Positions 29,855-39,284 of a DNA stretch of 64,000 nucleotides are shown here, piece after piece. The stretch spans positions 188,968 to 252,967 of the forward strand of contig CAMQVP010000001.1 in the NCBI GenBank assembly GCA_947038265.1, read 5' to 3'. Under the pieces are notes generated by a model. That model saw nothing but the letters and a program-made list of their open reading frames with translations. It did not search any database and was not told where the DNA came from. The position numbers were made by a program, and so were the translations under genes. Within the stretch, counting starts at the first letter, position 1. Every line of letters starts with the position of its first letter. This stretch comes from an uncultured Roseburia sp. (GTDB taxonomy: Bacteria > Bacillota > Clostridia > Lachnospirales > Lachnospiraceae).

Positions 29855-30050
29855 CACTGCTTATTATTTACGATTACTGCTTACTACTCATTACTTACTG
29901 TTACCGTTTACTTCTTACTTATCTACCGCTTACTACTTACTGCTCATAGCTTACTGCTTACTGCTTACTACTTACTACTTACTACTTACTACTTACTACT
30001 TACTACTTACTACTTACTACTTACCACTTACTACTTACTACTTACTACTT
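29855..30050. repeat. Heptanucleotide microsatellite (CTTACTR)n of about 26 units. The 5' half is degenerate. The 3' units run perfectly from 29950 to 30050, with one CTTACCA variant.
   Basis: Read directly as 'cttactg cttactg cttacta cttacta ...'. The array is intergenic, between the divergent GPP34-like gene and the histidine-kinase gene. Confidence 0.9.
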
Positions 30051-30618
30051 AAAATAACATATAGAATTTTATTTGTCAACTTGATTCTCGTGTCAAAAAA
30101 AGATAAACTTTTGATTATACGCATTGACTGATACAAGATAAAGATAAATTTTAGACTGCGAAAAGCAATAAATTATAGATTGAGAAAAGCATATTGAAGA
30201 AAGTTTTTACAAATGCTATAATGCCAACAGGCAAAAAGATATGACAGTTCCATATGAACGCAGAATGAATCCCCAAACCGTAGCAGCGTACAGTCGGGGG
30301 ATTCTTCTTTTTAAGCTGATAAAGGCTCCCCCTATGCAATTTGTTGCCGCTGCCGTTCCTGTCTAGCCATTTGCTGATGAGGAGGCAGCCAAACCTGCCG
30401 CGGCTGTCACAAGAAATATAAAGAATAACGCCATGCAAACACCGTCCCCCCGTTGCGGGCTTCGGTGAGCAACATATAGATTATGGCATACGATCCGATG
30501 CTCTTTTGCATTTTTCTCAAAAATTTATTTTTAGGGCGGTTGCTGTCTTATGGGTTTTTATTCTTATCTGCTTTCACACTTAAAATATGAATGAAAAAAA
30601 TTTATAAGGATATAAATA

Positions 30619-32007
30619 ATGATAAAAAAATTAAAACATTTAAAAATACAAACCAAACTTCTCCTTCTGATCTTTATTGCCGGGGCTTTTTGTATGCTTT
30701 TATTCCGGTTTCTCTGGCTGCAAAAATGGGATGCATGGTATTTTTTCTCCACTGACGTCACCTCCAGCCCTCCGATTTTTAAAAAGCCGCAAAACGACAT
30801 TTGGCAAAAGATTTATTCAGACGCCATTCACTATAATGTGCCGGAATCCGAAAACGACAAGAAAGCCCAAGAAGCTTTAGAACCTTATTTATCACAGGCA
30901 GATGACTATACGGCTATTTATATTTACGGACTGGAAGACGGGCTCTACCGCGCCGGACAGATTCCACGGATTATGACACAAGAGAATACCTATTCCGCTC
31001 TGTTTCGAACCGGATTGGAATGGACAGACGGACTGGGGGAACAGCGGATAGAACGTCCTGTAGAATTTAAAAACGGATATGCGAATGTGATTGTCGTTTT
31101 TTACCACGCCACAAGTTTTTTTGTGCCCTATACAATATGTTCATTATTACTTTGTATTGCCCTGTTTCTGTTTTTTATACTGTTTTTTGCCAGCCGTAAA
31201 ATTAAAACGATTGCCCGTTTAAAACAGGACATTCTACAGATGGCTTCCGGTGATTTACATACCCCTGTGCGTTATGCCGGAGAAGACGAACTTGGCATTT
31301 TAGGGCAGGAACTCAATAAACTGCGCTGCGCGCTTCAAGAAAATTTTCTGCATGAGCAAGAAATCCACGCCTCTAACCGTGATTTAATTACGGCGCTTTC
31401 CCATGATCTGCGCACGCCGCTCACTATTTTAAAAGGCTATTTAGAAATCGTAAAATTAAGCCCAAAACAAGAGATGCATACAGAATATATCAGCCGCTGT
31501 ATCCAAAAAACTGATGAAATCAAAGAACTGACAGATCGAATGTTTGAATATGCTTATGTGTATGATGAGACCACGCTTACAACAGACAGCATCCATCTGG
31601 CAAGCCTTCCCTGCTCTTTTTTCCGAAACAGTATACAAGAACATACAGAATTTCTGCGTCTTACCGGATTTAATGCAGATCTTCACATATTTGAACTCCC
31701 AGACAGCCCTGTTACTGTCTTGGCTGACGAAACAATGATAAAACGGGTATTCAATAATCTGTTTTCCAATATCATAAAATATGCCGATAAAAAAGAAGCC
31801 GTTGTCATTACGGCTTCCTTAGACGCTTTCCTAACAGTTTCTCTCAAAAACAAAATAAAAACGGATCTCAAACAAATCGAGAGCACACAGATTGGAATGA
31901 AAAGCGTACAAAAAATTATGTCACGGATCGGCGGCTCTGTCTCACATCACGCAGATGGAGAATATTTTTCCGTTACATTAAATTTTCCCTTGGAGAAAAA
32001 CGGATAA
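30619..32007 (+). CDS. Sensor histidine kinase (2 TM, HAMP, HisKA, HATPase_c)
   Basis: N-terminal TM segment, a second TM 'CSLLLCIALFLFFILFF', the H-box 'LSHDLRTPLT', and N/G boxes in the C-terminus. Confidence 0.85.
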   Translation: MIKKLKHLKIQTKLLLLIFIAGAFCMLLFRFLWLQKWDAWYFFSTDVTSSPPIFKKPQNDIWQKIYSDAIHYNVPESENDKKAQEALEPYLSQADDYTAIYIYGLEDGLYRAGQIPRIMTQENTYSALFRTGLEWTDGLGEQRIERPVEFKNGYANVIVVFYHATSFFVPYTICSLLLCIALFLFFILFFASRKIKTIARLKQDILQMASGDLHTPVRYAGEDELGILGQELNKLRCALQENFLHEQEIHASNRDLITALSHDLRTPLTILKGYLEIVKLSPKQEMHTEYISRCIQKTDEIKELTDRMFEYAYVYDETTLTTDSIHLASLPCSFFRNSIQEHTEFLRLTGFNADLHIFELPDSPVTVLADETMIKRVFNNLFSNIIKYADKKEAVVITASLDAFLTVSLKNKIKTDLKQIESTQIGMKSVQKIMSRIGGSVSHHADGEYFSVTLNFPLEKNG

Positions 32008-32135
32008 TCTCCGGCGCCCAAACACATAGACAGTCATTTTTTCCCGCCCAAAATCCCCGATTTTCTTTCCACATCAGTGTCGCCATTTGCAGCAAAAAAA
32101 GCAGTCCGGCAAAAATCGGACTGCCCATATCCATC

Positions 32136-32324
32136 TTATTCTTTTGGCTTCATCGGCGTAATAAGTGGTTTTCCGTCCTGATCAACCAGAACCGTCACTC
32201 CGCGGCTTGACATGGAGCCCTCTGACACGATTAAATAATTCACTCCCGTTTCCGTATCCACTATGATTCTATGGCAATTAGTAACTCCCTGTGAATAGGT
32301 TTCCACAAAACGCTTCTTTGACAT
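32136..32324 (-). CDS. Small hypothetical protein (62 aa)
   Basis: Compact ORF followed by a T-rich tract. No motif was recognised. Confidence 0.3.
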   Translation of the reverse strand: MSKKRFVETYSQGVTNCHRIIVDTETGVNYLIVSEGSMSSRGVTVLVDQDGKPLITPMKPKE

Positions 32325-32447
32325 AATGATTCTCCTCTTTTATTTTTTATTCTATCTAAAATATAGCATACTCCCATCTGCCTGTAAAGAAGAATCTTAT
32401 GCCCTAACGCCCTGCCCTCTAACCTATCCCAAGCCCACGCAGCCGTC

Positions 32448-33395
32448 TTAATATCCATGGCTTGTTCCCGGCCAGAAATAATTGCAAAGTTCACCTGTCT
32501 CAAAATCCATGCCAAGATAAAAATTCATTTTCCCATTCTTCTGAAACTTCACTACATTACTCAGACTTATGCTGCTTTCCGGGTCCTGCTTCAGTTCGTC
32601 CATCAAAGAGCCAGCCTCATTTGTCCCATTCAAAAGCTCCACATTCTGCCAATCCAATTCTTCTCCAGACGCCAGCCCATAGTTTGCCGCCAGTTCTTTT
32701 GCCTGTTCCAAAATCTCCTCGTCCGTCCAAGAAATCTTAGAATAATCCTGATTTGCCTGATAAGGGCGAAATTTGCCAAATGAATTGATTTTCCCACTTA
32801 TCGCATCAATTTCAAAATCATACGACCGATAGGACGGATCTGCGGCATTTTCCATATTTACGATAGAACCTGTCCATGCAATATATGATAAACCGTTCAC
32901 TCCAATCTCACTTTCCAAACGCGCACTCCGAATGTAGAAACTTTCAAACTGTTCTTTTGGAAACAGCCGGTTTATCTCTTTTAGAAAAAGCAGGCCCGCA
33001 TCCGATACGCCAAGCTTAGCGGAGTCCAAAGACAATCCATACACGTCCCCATAGCCTTCTTTCACCAGTTTTTCATGCAATGCGGCTTCCGTTTCCTCCT
33101 GTTTTAATTCCTCCCGCCCCTGATCTGAAGATTCATATTCTGCATACATGCGATCCCAGATATTTTTTAACTCCCCATCTGATAACGGCCCGCTTGCCAC
33201 GGGTGTTTTGCGTTCCATACTTTCCTCCAAAACATCGGACAGCATTTGCGCCGTTTCACTATCCGATGATATAGGAATAAGCTGTTCTTTTCCTGTTTTT
33301 TCCGCATAAATCCCCATGCTCCCAACCAGCAAAAGCGCGCATGCCGCGCAAATCCCAGCCGCCGCAAACATCATACATACATTTTTTTTCTTCAT
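32448..33395 (-). CDS. Secreted or membrane-anchored hypothetical protein
   Basis: Signal/anchor 'MKKKNVCMMFAAAGICAACALLLVGS'. The start was refined to ATG 33395, which has a GAAGGA RBS. Confidence 0.45.
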   Translation of the reverse strand: MKKKNVCMMFAAAGICAACALLLVGSMGIYAEKTGKEQLIPISSDSETAQMLSDVLEESMERKTPVASGPLSDGELKNIWDRMYAEYESSDQGREELKQEETEAALHEKLVKEGYGDVYGLSLDSAKLGVSDAGLLFLKEINRLFPKEQFESFYIRSARLESEIGVNGLSYIAWTGSIVNMENAADPSYRSYDFEIDAISGKINSFGKFRPYQANQDYSKISWTDEEILEQAKELAANYGLASGEELDWQNVELLNGTNEAGSLMDELKQDPESSISLSNVVKFQKNGKMNFYLGMDFETGELCNYFWPGTSHGY

Positions 33396-33499
33396 ATTTT
33401 CCTTCTTTCCCGCGCCATTCTTTCTTGCGTCTTTATTCCGGCTTTTCTTCCGGTAAGGACACTCTATCAAAAAAATATAAGCGGCTTTTTATGCCCTTA

Positions 33500-34864
33500 T
33501 TATGAAGTTGTAAAAACAATGGTAACTTTTGTGCCCTTCTGCGGTTCAGATGAAAAAGAAAGCGTCCCGCCCATCTTTTTTACAATTAAATCCACAATAG
33601 ACAATCCAAGTCCAACGCCGCCTTCCTGTCGGGATCTCGCTTTATCAATGCGGTAAAACGCTTCCGTTATCCTGCCCAAATCCTCCTTTTGCATTCCGAT
33701 CCCAAAATCAATCACTTCAATCGTCTGTATCTTTTCTTCCTGCGTCACACTCCATATAATCAAATCGCCCTCCCTGCTTGCGCGCGCCGCATTTTCCAAA
33801 AGATTCCGAAACAATGCCAGAAATAAATCTTCTTCTCCATAGAGCGTTTCTACGGCGAACTCCTTTTTCAGCGTTAAATTTTTTTCTTTTAATTTAGGCG
33901 CCAGAATTTTCTCAAGATGTCCGGCAAGCATTTTCAAATCAACCGGAAGCATTATTCTTTCTTCTTTCTCATACAAACGCATGGAAAGCATCGTCTCGCT
34001 CATTTTTACCAGCCGCCTGCTTTCTTCCATAATATAAGCCAGCCCTTCATACTTTTCTTCGTCCGCAGCGTTTGCGAACTGCGCATATTCCGCATATCCA
34101 TAAATCGAAGTCAACGGCGTCCGAAGCTCATGCGCCAAATTGTCCATTAACTGCTGTTTCTTCTCATTTTCCTCCTCTAACCTTCCAATCTGCCTTTGAA
34201 TCATCTGTGACATTTTATTGACATTTTGTGAAAGCTCTGATATTTCATCTCTCTGCCATGCCGTATTATTTTTGAAAGGAACCCGAATCCCATATTCTCC
34301 CGATGCAATTTTCGCCACACCCTCATTTAATTCTCCAAGCGGCATTAAAATCCTGCGCATCCATACATATAAAATCACACAAAGAAAAACCGACATGACA
34401 AAGCTGATTACAGCAAACGTCCGCTTCAGATCCCGCCAGATTCCCTCAAATTCTGACAGCCGCTTCCGGTATTGGATAAAATAATCCTCATACGGCTCTT
34501 TTAAGCTCCGTTTTGCATACGTCTCAATCTGTCCCCCTCCTTTTTGAACCGTGGAACGGACTTCAAATGAATTGCTTCCACCGCTTTTTTCCAAAGTCAG
34601 CTCAATGCCTTGCGACTGATAATACCTCTGGTAACTCTCAAATAACTGAGCGGCCGTTTCTTCCGTAAAACGCGCGTTCTGCCCTAAAATAGTAAAATCA
34701 TGTCCTAAATTCTGGCAAAGAAAAAAACTGTCCGTTTCTGCCTTTTTCTGTTCCTGATCCATATTATAAGAAAAAATAAATCCGGCCGCCAAAAACAATC
34801 CGGCATTTAACATCAATAAAAACAACAACAATACTGCAAAATAGATTTTCTGCCAAATACGCAT
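33500..34864 (-). CDS. Sensor histidine kinase
   Basis: Two TM helices, the H-box 'LAHELRTPLTSIYGY', and HATPase_c ('GGVGLGLSIV'). Confidence 0.85.
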   Translation of the reverse strand: MRIWQKIYFAVLLLFLLMLNAGLFLAAGFIFSYNMDQEQKKAETDSFFLCQNLGHDFTILGQNARFTEETAAQLFESYQRYYQSQGIELTLEKSGGSNSFEVRSTVQKGGGQIETYAKRSLKEPYEDYFIQYRKRLSEFEGIWRDLKRTFAVISFVMSVFLCVILYVWMRRILMPLGELNEGVAKIASGEYGIRVPFKNNTAWQRDEISELSQNVNKMSQMIQRQIGRLEEENEKKQQLMDNLAHELRTPLTSIYGYAEYAQFANAADEEKYEGLAYIMEESRRLVKMSETMLSMRLYEKEERIMLPVDLKMLAGHLEKILAPKLKEKNLTLKKEFAVETLYGEEDLFLALFRNLLENAARASREGDLIIWSVTQEEKIQTIEVIDFGIGMQKEDLGRITEAFYRIDKARSRQEGGVGLGLSIVDLIVKKMGGTLSFSSEPQKGTKVTIVFTTS

Positions 34865-34879
34865 CTTTAAATCCCTTTT

Positions 34880-35530
34880 CTATAATTCTAGGCGGTAGCC
34901 CATTTTGTAAACTGTTTTAATATGGTTTTCAAGCTTTAATTTTTTTCTTAGTTTCGTAATATGCACATCGACTGTCCTCGTATCTCCCATAAAATCATAT
35001 CCCCAAGCCAGTTCCAATAATTTTTCTCTCGAAAGCGCAATATTCCTGTTCAAAATCAACGCTTCCAATAGATCAAACTCCTGTTTTGCAAGTTCTGTCT
35101 CCTTGCCGCAGACCGAAACTTTCCTCGCTTTCAAATCCACTTTTGTGTCCGCAATGCAAATCCGGCTGACCGCCTTTTGCGTTTTCGTAAGAACCAGATT
35201 CACGCGCGCGATCAGTTCCAGCATCTCAAACGGTTTCGTCAAATAATCCCACGCGCCGCTTGTCAGCCCCGTCAGCTTATCCGCAATCCGGCTCTTTGCC
35301 GTCAGAAAAATCACAGGCGTTTCCCCTGTATATTCCATCAGGGAAAATCCGTCAATATGCGGCAGCATCACGTCCATAATCACAAGATCATACCTGTTAT
35401 CCGATAATAAACGCTCTTTTGCCGCTAATCCGTCATATTCCTGATCGCAGCTATGCCCTGCAAGAGCCAAGTTTTGTTTGATCAGCCTGTTAATCGGCTC
35501 CTCATCTTCTATAATTAAAATGTACGCCAT
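34880..35530 (-). CDS. OmpR-family response regulator, cognate to the upstream kinase
   Basis: 'ILIIEDEEPI', 'DLVIMDVMLPHIDG', and a winged-helix domain 'VYKMGYRLE'. The start was refined to ATG 35530, which has an AAAGGAG RBS. Confidence 0.85.
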   Translation of the reverse strand: MAYILIIEDEEPINRLIKQNLALAGHSCDQEYDGLAAKERLLSDNRYDLVIMDVMLPHIDGFSLMEYTGETPVIFLTAKSRIADKLTGLTSGAWDYLTKPFEMLELIARVNLVLTKTQKAVSRICIADTKVDLKARKVSVCGKETELAKQEFDLLEALILNRNIALSREKLLELAWGYDFMGDTRTVDVHITKLRKKLKLENHIKTVYKMGYRLEL

Positions 35531-35799
35531 TTTATATTCTCCTTTTCCGCTCCGACAAATCCGGTTTTTGCCATCATCAGCCCATTCCGTCCCTACTCTG
35601 GCATCATTATACAAAAGGCAAAAGACCGCGTCAACATATCCGCCTCCCTGCTATTTCATCTCCCCTTTTAAGGAGAATGTAAAGACTTCATTATTCCAAA
35701 AATTTTCAGAACAAATATTCGATTTTCTCTTGCAATTTGAATAATGACATGATAAAATACATTATCAAGAACATTTGTTTGCAAGTAAGGAGCATTGCT

Positions 35800-37179
35800 A
35801 TGAAGAACTCTGCCAATATCACCTTAATCCCAGACCCCATTTTACAAAAAAGCTCTCCTGCCACACACCTGTCCCCCACGATTATGGAAAAACTCACCAT
35901 TCTGGCAGACGCCGCAAAATATGACGTTGCATGCACTTCCAGCGGCGTTGACAGACGCGGCGACGGCATGGGAATCGGCAATACAAAATCCTGCGGGATC
36001 TGCCATTCCTTTTCCGCAGATGGCCGCTGTGTCTCACTGCTGAAAATTCTACTTACCAATGAATGTATTTTTAACTGCTCCTACTGCCAGAATAATTGCG
36101 AAAACGACATTCCCCGCGCCACTTTTACGCCGGAAGAAATCTGCGCGCTTACTATAGAATTTTACCGCCGCAACTACATTGAAGGGTTATTTTTAAGTTC
36201 CGGAATTATCAAGTCCCCAAATTACACCATGGATCTCATCTACCAAGTTGTCTGCCGCCTGCGTTCCTTCTACCGCTTTCAAGGCTATATCCATGTGAAG
36301 GCAATCCCCGGCGCTGACCCTCTCTTAATTGAAAAAGCGGGATTTCTTGCAGACCGCATGAGCGTGAATTTAGAATTGCCCACCCACAGAGCCTTAAAAG
36401 AGCTTGCGCCCTGTAAATCCCGCCGCACAATCCTAAGACCCATGCGCCAAATCCAAAACAGCATTGCCCAGAACAAAAATGAACTTATGCTGTACCGCAA
36501 CGCCCCCAGATTTACGCCGGCCGGACAAAGCACACAGATGATCATCGGAGCCACGCCTGAAAACGATTATCAAATTATGAGCGTTGCAGAAGGTCTTTAT
36601 CAAAACTTTGACTTAAAACGCGTCTTTTATTCCGCGTTCGTCAATGTCAGCCAAAATCCAAACCTTCCCGTCCTTTCCGGCGGCCCTCCTCTCCTGCGGG
36701 AACATAGGCTTTATCAGGCGGATTGGCTTTTACGTTACTACCATTTTACCGTAGACGAGCTTCTCTCCGAAGACCGCCCGAATTTCAACGTCTATCTGGA
36801 CCCGAAATGTGACTGGGCGCTTCGCCATTTAGAGATTTTTCCAATCGAAATCCAGACTGCCGACTATAGAACCTTACTCCGCGTCCCGGGCATAGGCGCA
36901 AAATCCGCCAAACGCATTGTAGCTGCCCGCCGCGGCTCTACGCTTGATTTTTGCGACCTAAAAAAAATCGGCGTCGTCCTAAAGCGCGCCTTATATTTTA
37001 TCACCTGTTCCGGCCATATGATGTATCCGACCAAGCTGGACGAGGACTATATCTGCCGAAACCTGCTCTCCGACAAAACGCAGATCCCAAAAGAACTGCG
37101 GGAAGAAGGCTACCGGCAGCTTTCCCTATTCGACGACGTTTCATTTGGAGGCGGCAAACATGTATGTATTTCAATGTGA
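35800..37179 (+). CDS. Putative DNA modification/repair radical SAM protein (TIGR03916-like)
   Basis: CxxxCxxC cluster 'NECIFNCSYCQN' preceded by 'CGICHSFSADGRC', with a C-terminal helix-hairpin-helix-like region. The start was refined to ATG 35800, which has an AAGGAG RBS. Confidence 0.75.
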   Translation: MKNSANITLIPDPILQKSSPATHLSPTIMEKLTILADAAKYDVACTSSGVDRRGDGMGIGNTKSCGICHSFSADGRCVSLLKILLTNECIFNCSYCQNNCENDIPRATFTPEEICALTIEFYRRNYIEGLFLSSGIIKSPNYTMDLIYQVVCRLRSFYRFQGYIHVKAIPGADPLLIEKAGFLADRMSVNLELPTHRALKELAPCKSRRTILRPMRQIQNSIAQNKNELMLYRNAPRFTPAGQSTQMIIGATPENDYQIMSVAEGLYQNFDLKRVFYSAFVNVSQNPNLPVLSGGPPLLREHRLYQADWLLRYYHFTVDELLSEDRPNFNVYLDPKCDWALRHLEIFPIEIQTADYRTLLRVPGIGAKSAKRIVAARRGSTLDFCDLKKIGVVLKRALYFITCSGHMMYPTKLDEDYICRNLLSDKTQIPKELREEGYRQLSLFDDVSFGGGKHVCISM

Positions 37180-37948
37180 AGACAGTATTGACGGAATTTT
37201 AACAGGCATCTATGATGCATGGGCGTCCCGCTATGGGCACAAAAATATACAGCTTTCCTCCGACCAAAGCGGAACGCTTACGCTTTTTTCAGAATATATT
37301 CCGGTAAAAACCGATTTTGAAAAAAGCCGGAAAGTGGCGCGTACACTGACAGAACGTCTTGGCGCCCACTTCTATGAAACAATTTGCAGCAGCGCAATGG
37401 CAAACGGAAACTGCCGCGCATTGGCTATGGATAAAGCAAATGCCATTTACCAGACTGTCGTTATGGCGCTTACGCTTCCGGCTGGCGCAAAAGTCTTAGA
37501 CTATTTAGGCGAACCCTGTATCGCCTGCATCTTTGAACTGCGCCGCCAGACGCTGAATGAAGCCCACCATCTGTTAGAATTTCTTCGTTTTGCAGAATTA
37601 AAAACCGGAATTTTATTTTCACAGATTCATGCCAAAAATTATGTCCTGCCAATTTTGGCGGAGCACTTTACCGACCGTCTCCCATTAGAGAATTTTATCA
37701 TCTACGATGCCACGCGCCGGATTGCAGCCGCCCACCCGTCGGGCAAAGGTTATTTCATCACTGACGCTGCATCTTTTCCGATGGAACTTACAGAGGATTT
37801 ATCCTCAGATGAGACACGCTTAAAAAATCTCTGGCTTGCTTTTTTTGAAACGATTGCCATAGAAGCGCGGAAAAATCCAAAACTCCAAATTCAAAATATC
37901 CCAAAAAGGTTCTGGGCGGATACAGTCGAACTGAAAAATAAAGACTAG
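37160..37948 (+). CDS. Radical-SAM-linked 'probable DNA metabolism protein' (TIGR03915-like)
   Basis: The N-terminus 'MYVFQCEDSIDGILTGIYDAW' is typical of the partner of the radical SAM enzyme. The gene overlaps the radical SAM gene by 20 nt and has a GGAGG RBS. Confidence 0.6.
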   Translation: MYVFQCEDSIDGILTGIYDAWASRYGHKNIQLSSDQSGTLTLFSEYIPVKTDFEKSRKVARTLTERLGAHFYETICSSAMANGNCRALAMDKANAIYQTVVMALTLPAGAKVLDYLGEPCIACIFELRRQTLNEAHHLLEFLRFAELKTGILFSQIHAKNYVLPILAEHFTDRLPLENFIIYDATRRIAAAHPSGKGYFITDAASFPMELTEDLSSDETRLKNLWLAFFETIAIEARKNPKLQIQNIPKRFWADTVELKNKD

Positions 37949-38057
37949 AAATAAAAATTTTACCATTATTTCTAAAATCTGGTTCTATTTCCAAAATCTC
38001 TTGCATATACTAAAAGTAAGAATAACCATGGACAAGCATGGATATGGAGGGGAAGCC

Positions 38058-38918
38058 ATGAAGGAAACAGAACAAAAGGAACAGTCCAATCAAGATAAAA
38101 TAACAAGCGGAAAGCAATTTCTTCCGCTTAATGACCTAGTCTACGCGCCCATTGACGCCATTGCCTCCTCAAATGCAAGGCTTTCACTGGCAATCCTTGA
38201 CGAAATCAAAAGCATGGGCACAGTGAAACTTAGAAACGGCGAAGAAACACTGTACCTGAAAAAATTAAATCTGGCATATGAACGCTTACACCCGGCAGAA
38301 CACAATGAACCCTATATGGAAAGCGTCCAAATCGAAGTGCCTCTGTTATCAATTATAAAAATCCCAAACTTAAAAATAAAAAATGCCACGCTAGAATTTT
38401 CAACGGAAGTCCACATTTCCGAAAACGAGCAAAACGCCCCGCTCACTGTCGGAAAAATTAGTTCCCTGAAGCGGGAAAAATCCGCCGCACAGCCCGTTGT
38501 CAACTATAAAATCGATTTAAAAGCAGTAGACGAAACGGAAGGCTATATGCGGATTTTAGACATTCTAAACGCAAATCCTGTCGCAAAGCAAATCGATGCT
38601 TCACCCATTTCAAGTGACGGAATTGTGCAAAATTCTGAAAAAGATGATTTTTTACTCCAACGTTCCCTCAGACAGCAAGAAGCGGCGTTACATAAACTGC
38701 ATCAGGAAATCACAGAATATATGGAAACAAGAGAATCTTTACAAGAAGAACTAGAGCCGGAATGCCTGTCTAAAGAGTTCTCTAACGCTCCATATGACCC
38801 AAAGGAATATGAAGAATTAAGACAAACAATCTTAACAGAACTCATAAGCGTGAAAGAAGCGATGCTAGAAAATAAAGTGGAATCCTTCAAAAAAGGAGGC
38901 GCCCCAAATGAATCCTGA
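38058..38918 (+). CDS. DUF2589-like protein (paralogue 1)
   Basis: Shares with the gene at 41014 the motifs 'LxxAPIDAIASSNARLSLAILDEI', 'IEVPLLSIIKIPNLKIKNATLEFSTEVHISE', and a C-terminal coiled coil. RBS GGAGGGG. Confidence 0.55.
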   Translation: MKETEQKEQSNQDKITSGKQFLPLNDLVYAPIDAIASSNARLSLAILDEIKSMGTVKLRNGEETLYLKKLNLAYERLHPAEHNEPYMESVQIEVPLLSIIKIPNLKIKNATLEFSTEVHISENEQNAPLTVGKISSLKREKSAAQPVVNYKIDLKAVDETEGYMRILDILNANPVAKQIDASPISSDGIVQNSEKDDFLLQRSLRQQEAALHKLHQEITEYMETRESLQEELEPECLSKEFSNAPYDPKEYEELRQTILTELISVKEAMLENKVESFKKGGAPNES

Positions 38919-39180
38919 CTGCAAAACACATTATGAAGATATAAGGTTTATTAAAACAATTACACTTGGCAGCATAAACCCGAACCACCCGCTTTCTGAG
39001 GAATCCAAACAACAGCAGGCGGCCTTGTTAAACCGATGTCTAAACGAAAGCCCAAAAGGGGTCATTATCGGCAAGGATATTTCTATTGGCAGGTACGCCA
39101 TCGGGGAACATGAACTGACAATGGAGCAGACCACCTACCATATCGGCTTTCCCCGAAAACCGATATGGTTAGAATTGTAG
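38908..39180 (+). CDS. Small hypothetical protein (90 aa) embedded in the cassette
   Basis: ATG 38908 with an AAGGAGG RBS. It overlaps the stop of the upstream gene by 11 nt. No motif was recognised. Confidence 0.45.
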   Translation: MNPDCKTHYEDIRFIKTITLGSINPNHPLSEESKQQQAALLNRCLNESPKGVIIGKDISIGRYAIGEHELTMEQTTYHIGFPRKPIWLEL

Positions 39181-39284
39181 GCTTTAAAATGGATACTTTG
39201 AAAAAATGGCTGAATTTACACCTTATGCACTCCTATTTCATGGGATTAAAAACACATTTTATGTCAAACGGAGGTTTAAAAAAA

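Noticed and set aside
29855-30050. Could the regular short repeats be a CRISPR array?
   Set aside because: The 7-bp units are contiguous with no unique spacers. This is a microsatellite, not CRISPR. The 56-bp repeat at 5340-5452 also lacks spacers.
30151-30438. 95-aa minus-strand ORF in the kinase upstream region
   Set aside because: No RBS and low-complexity sequence. The interval is better explained as non-coding, possibly a structured RNA.
30230-30530. SRP (4.5S/scRNA) gene suggested by 'GGAGGCAGCCAAACCTGCC'
   Set aside because: Only a partial resemblance to the domain IV motif. The 5' strand of helix 8 and the GNRA tetraloop context are missing.
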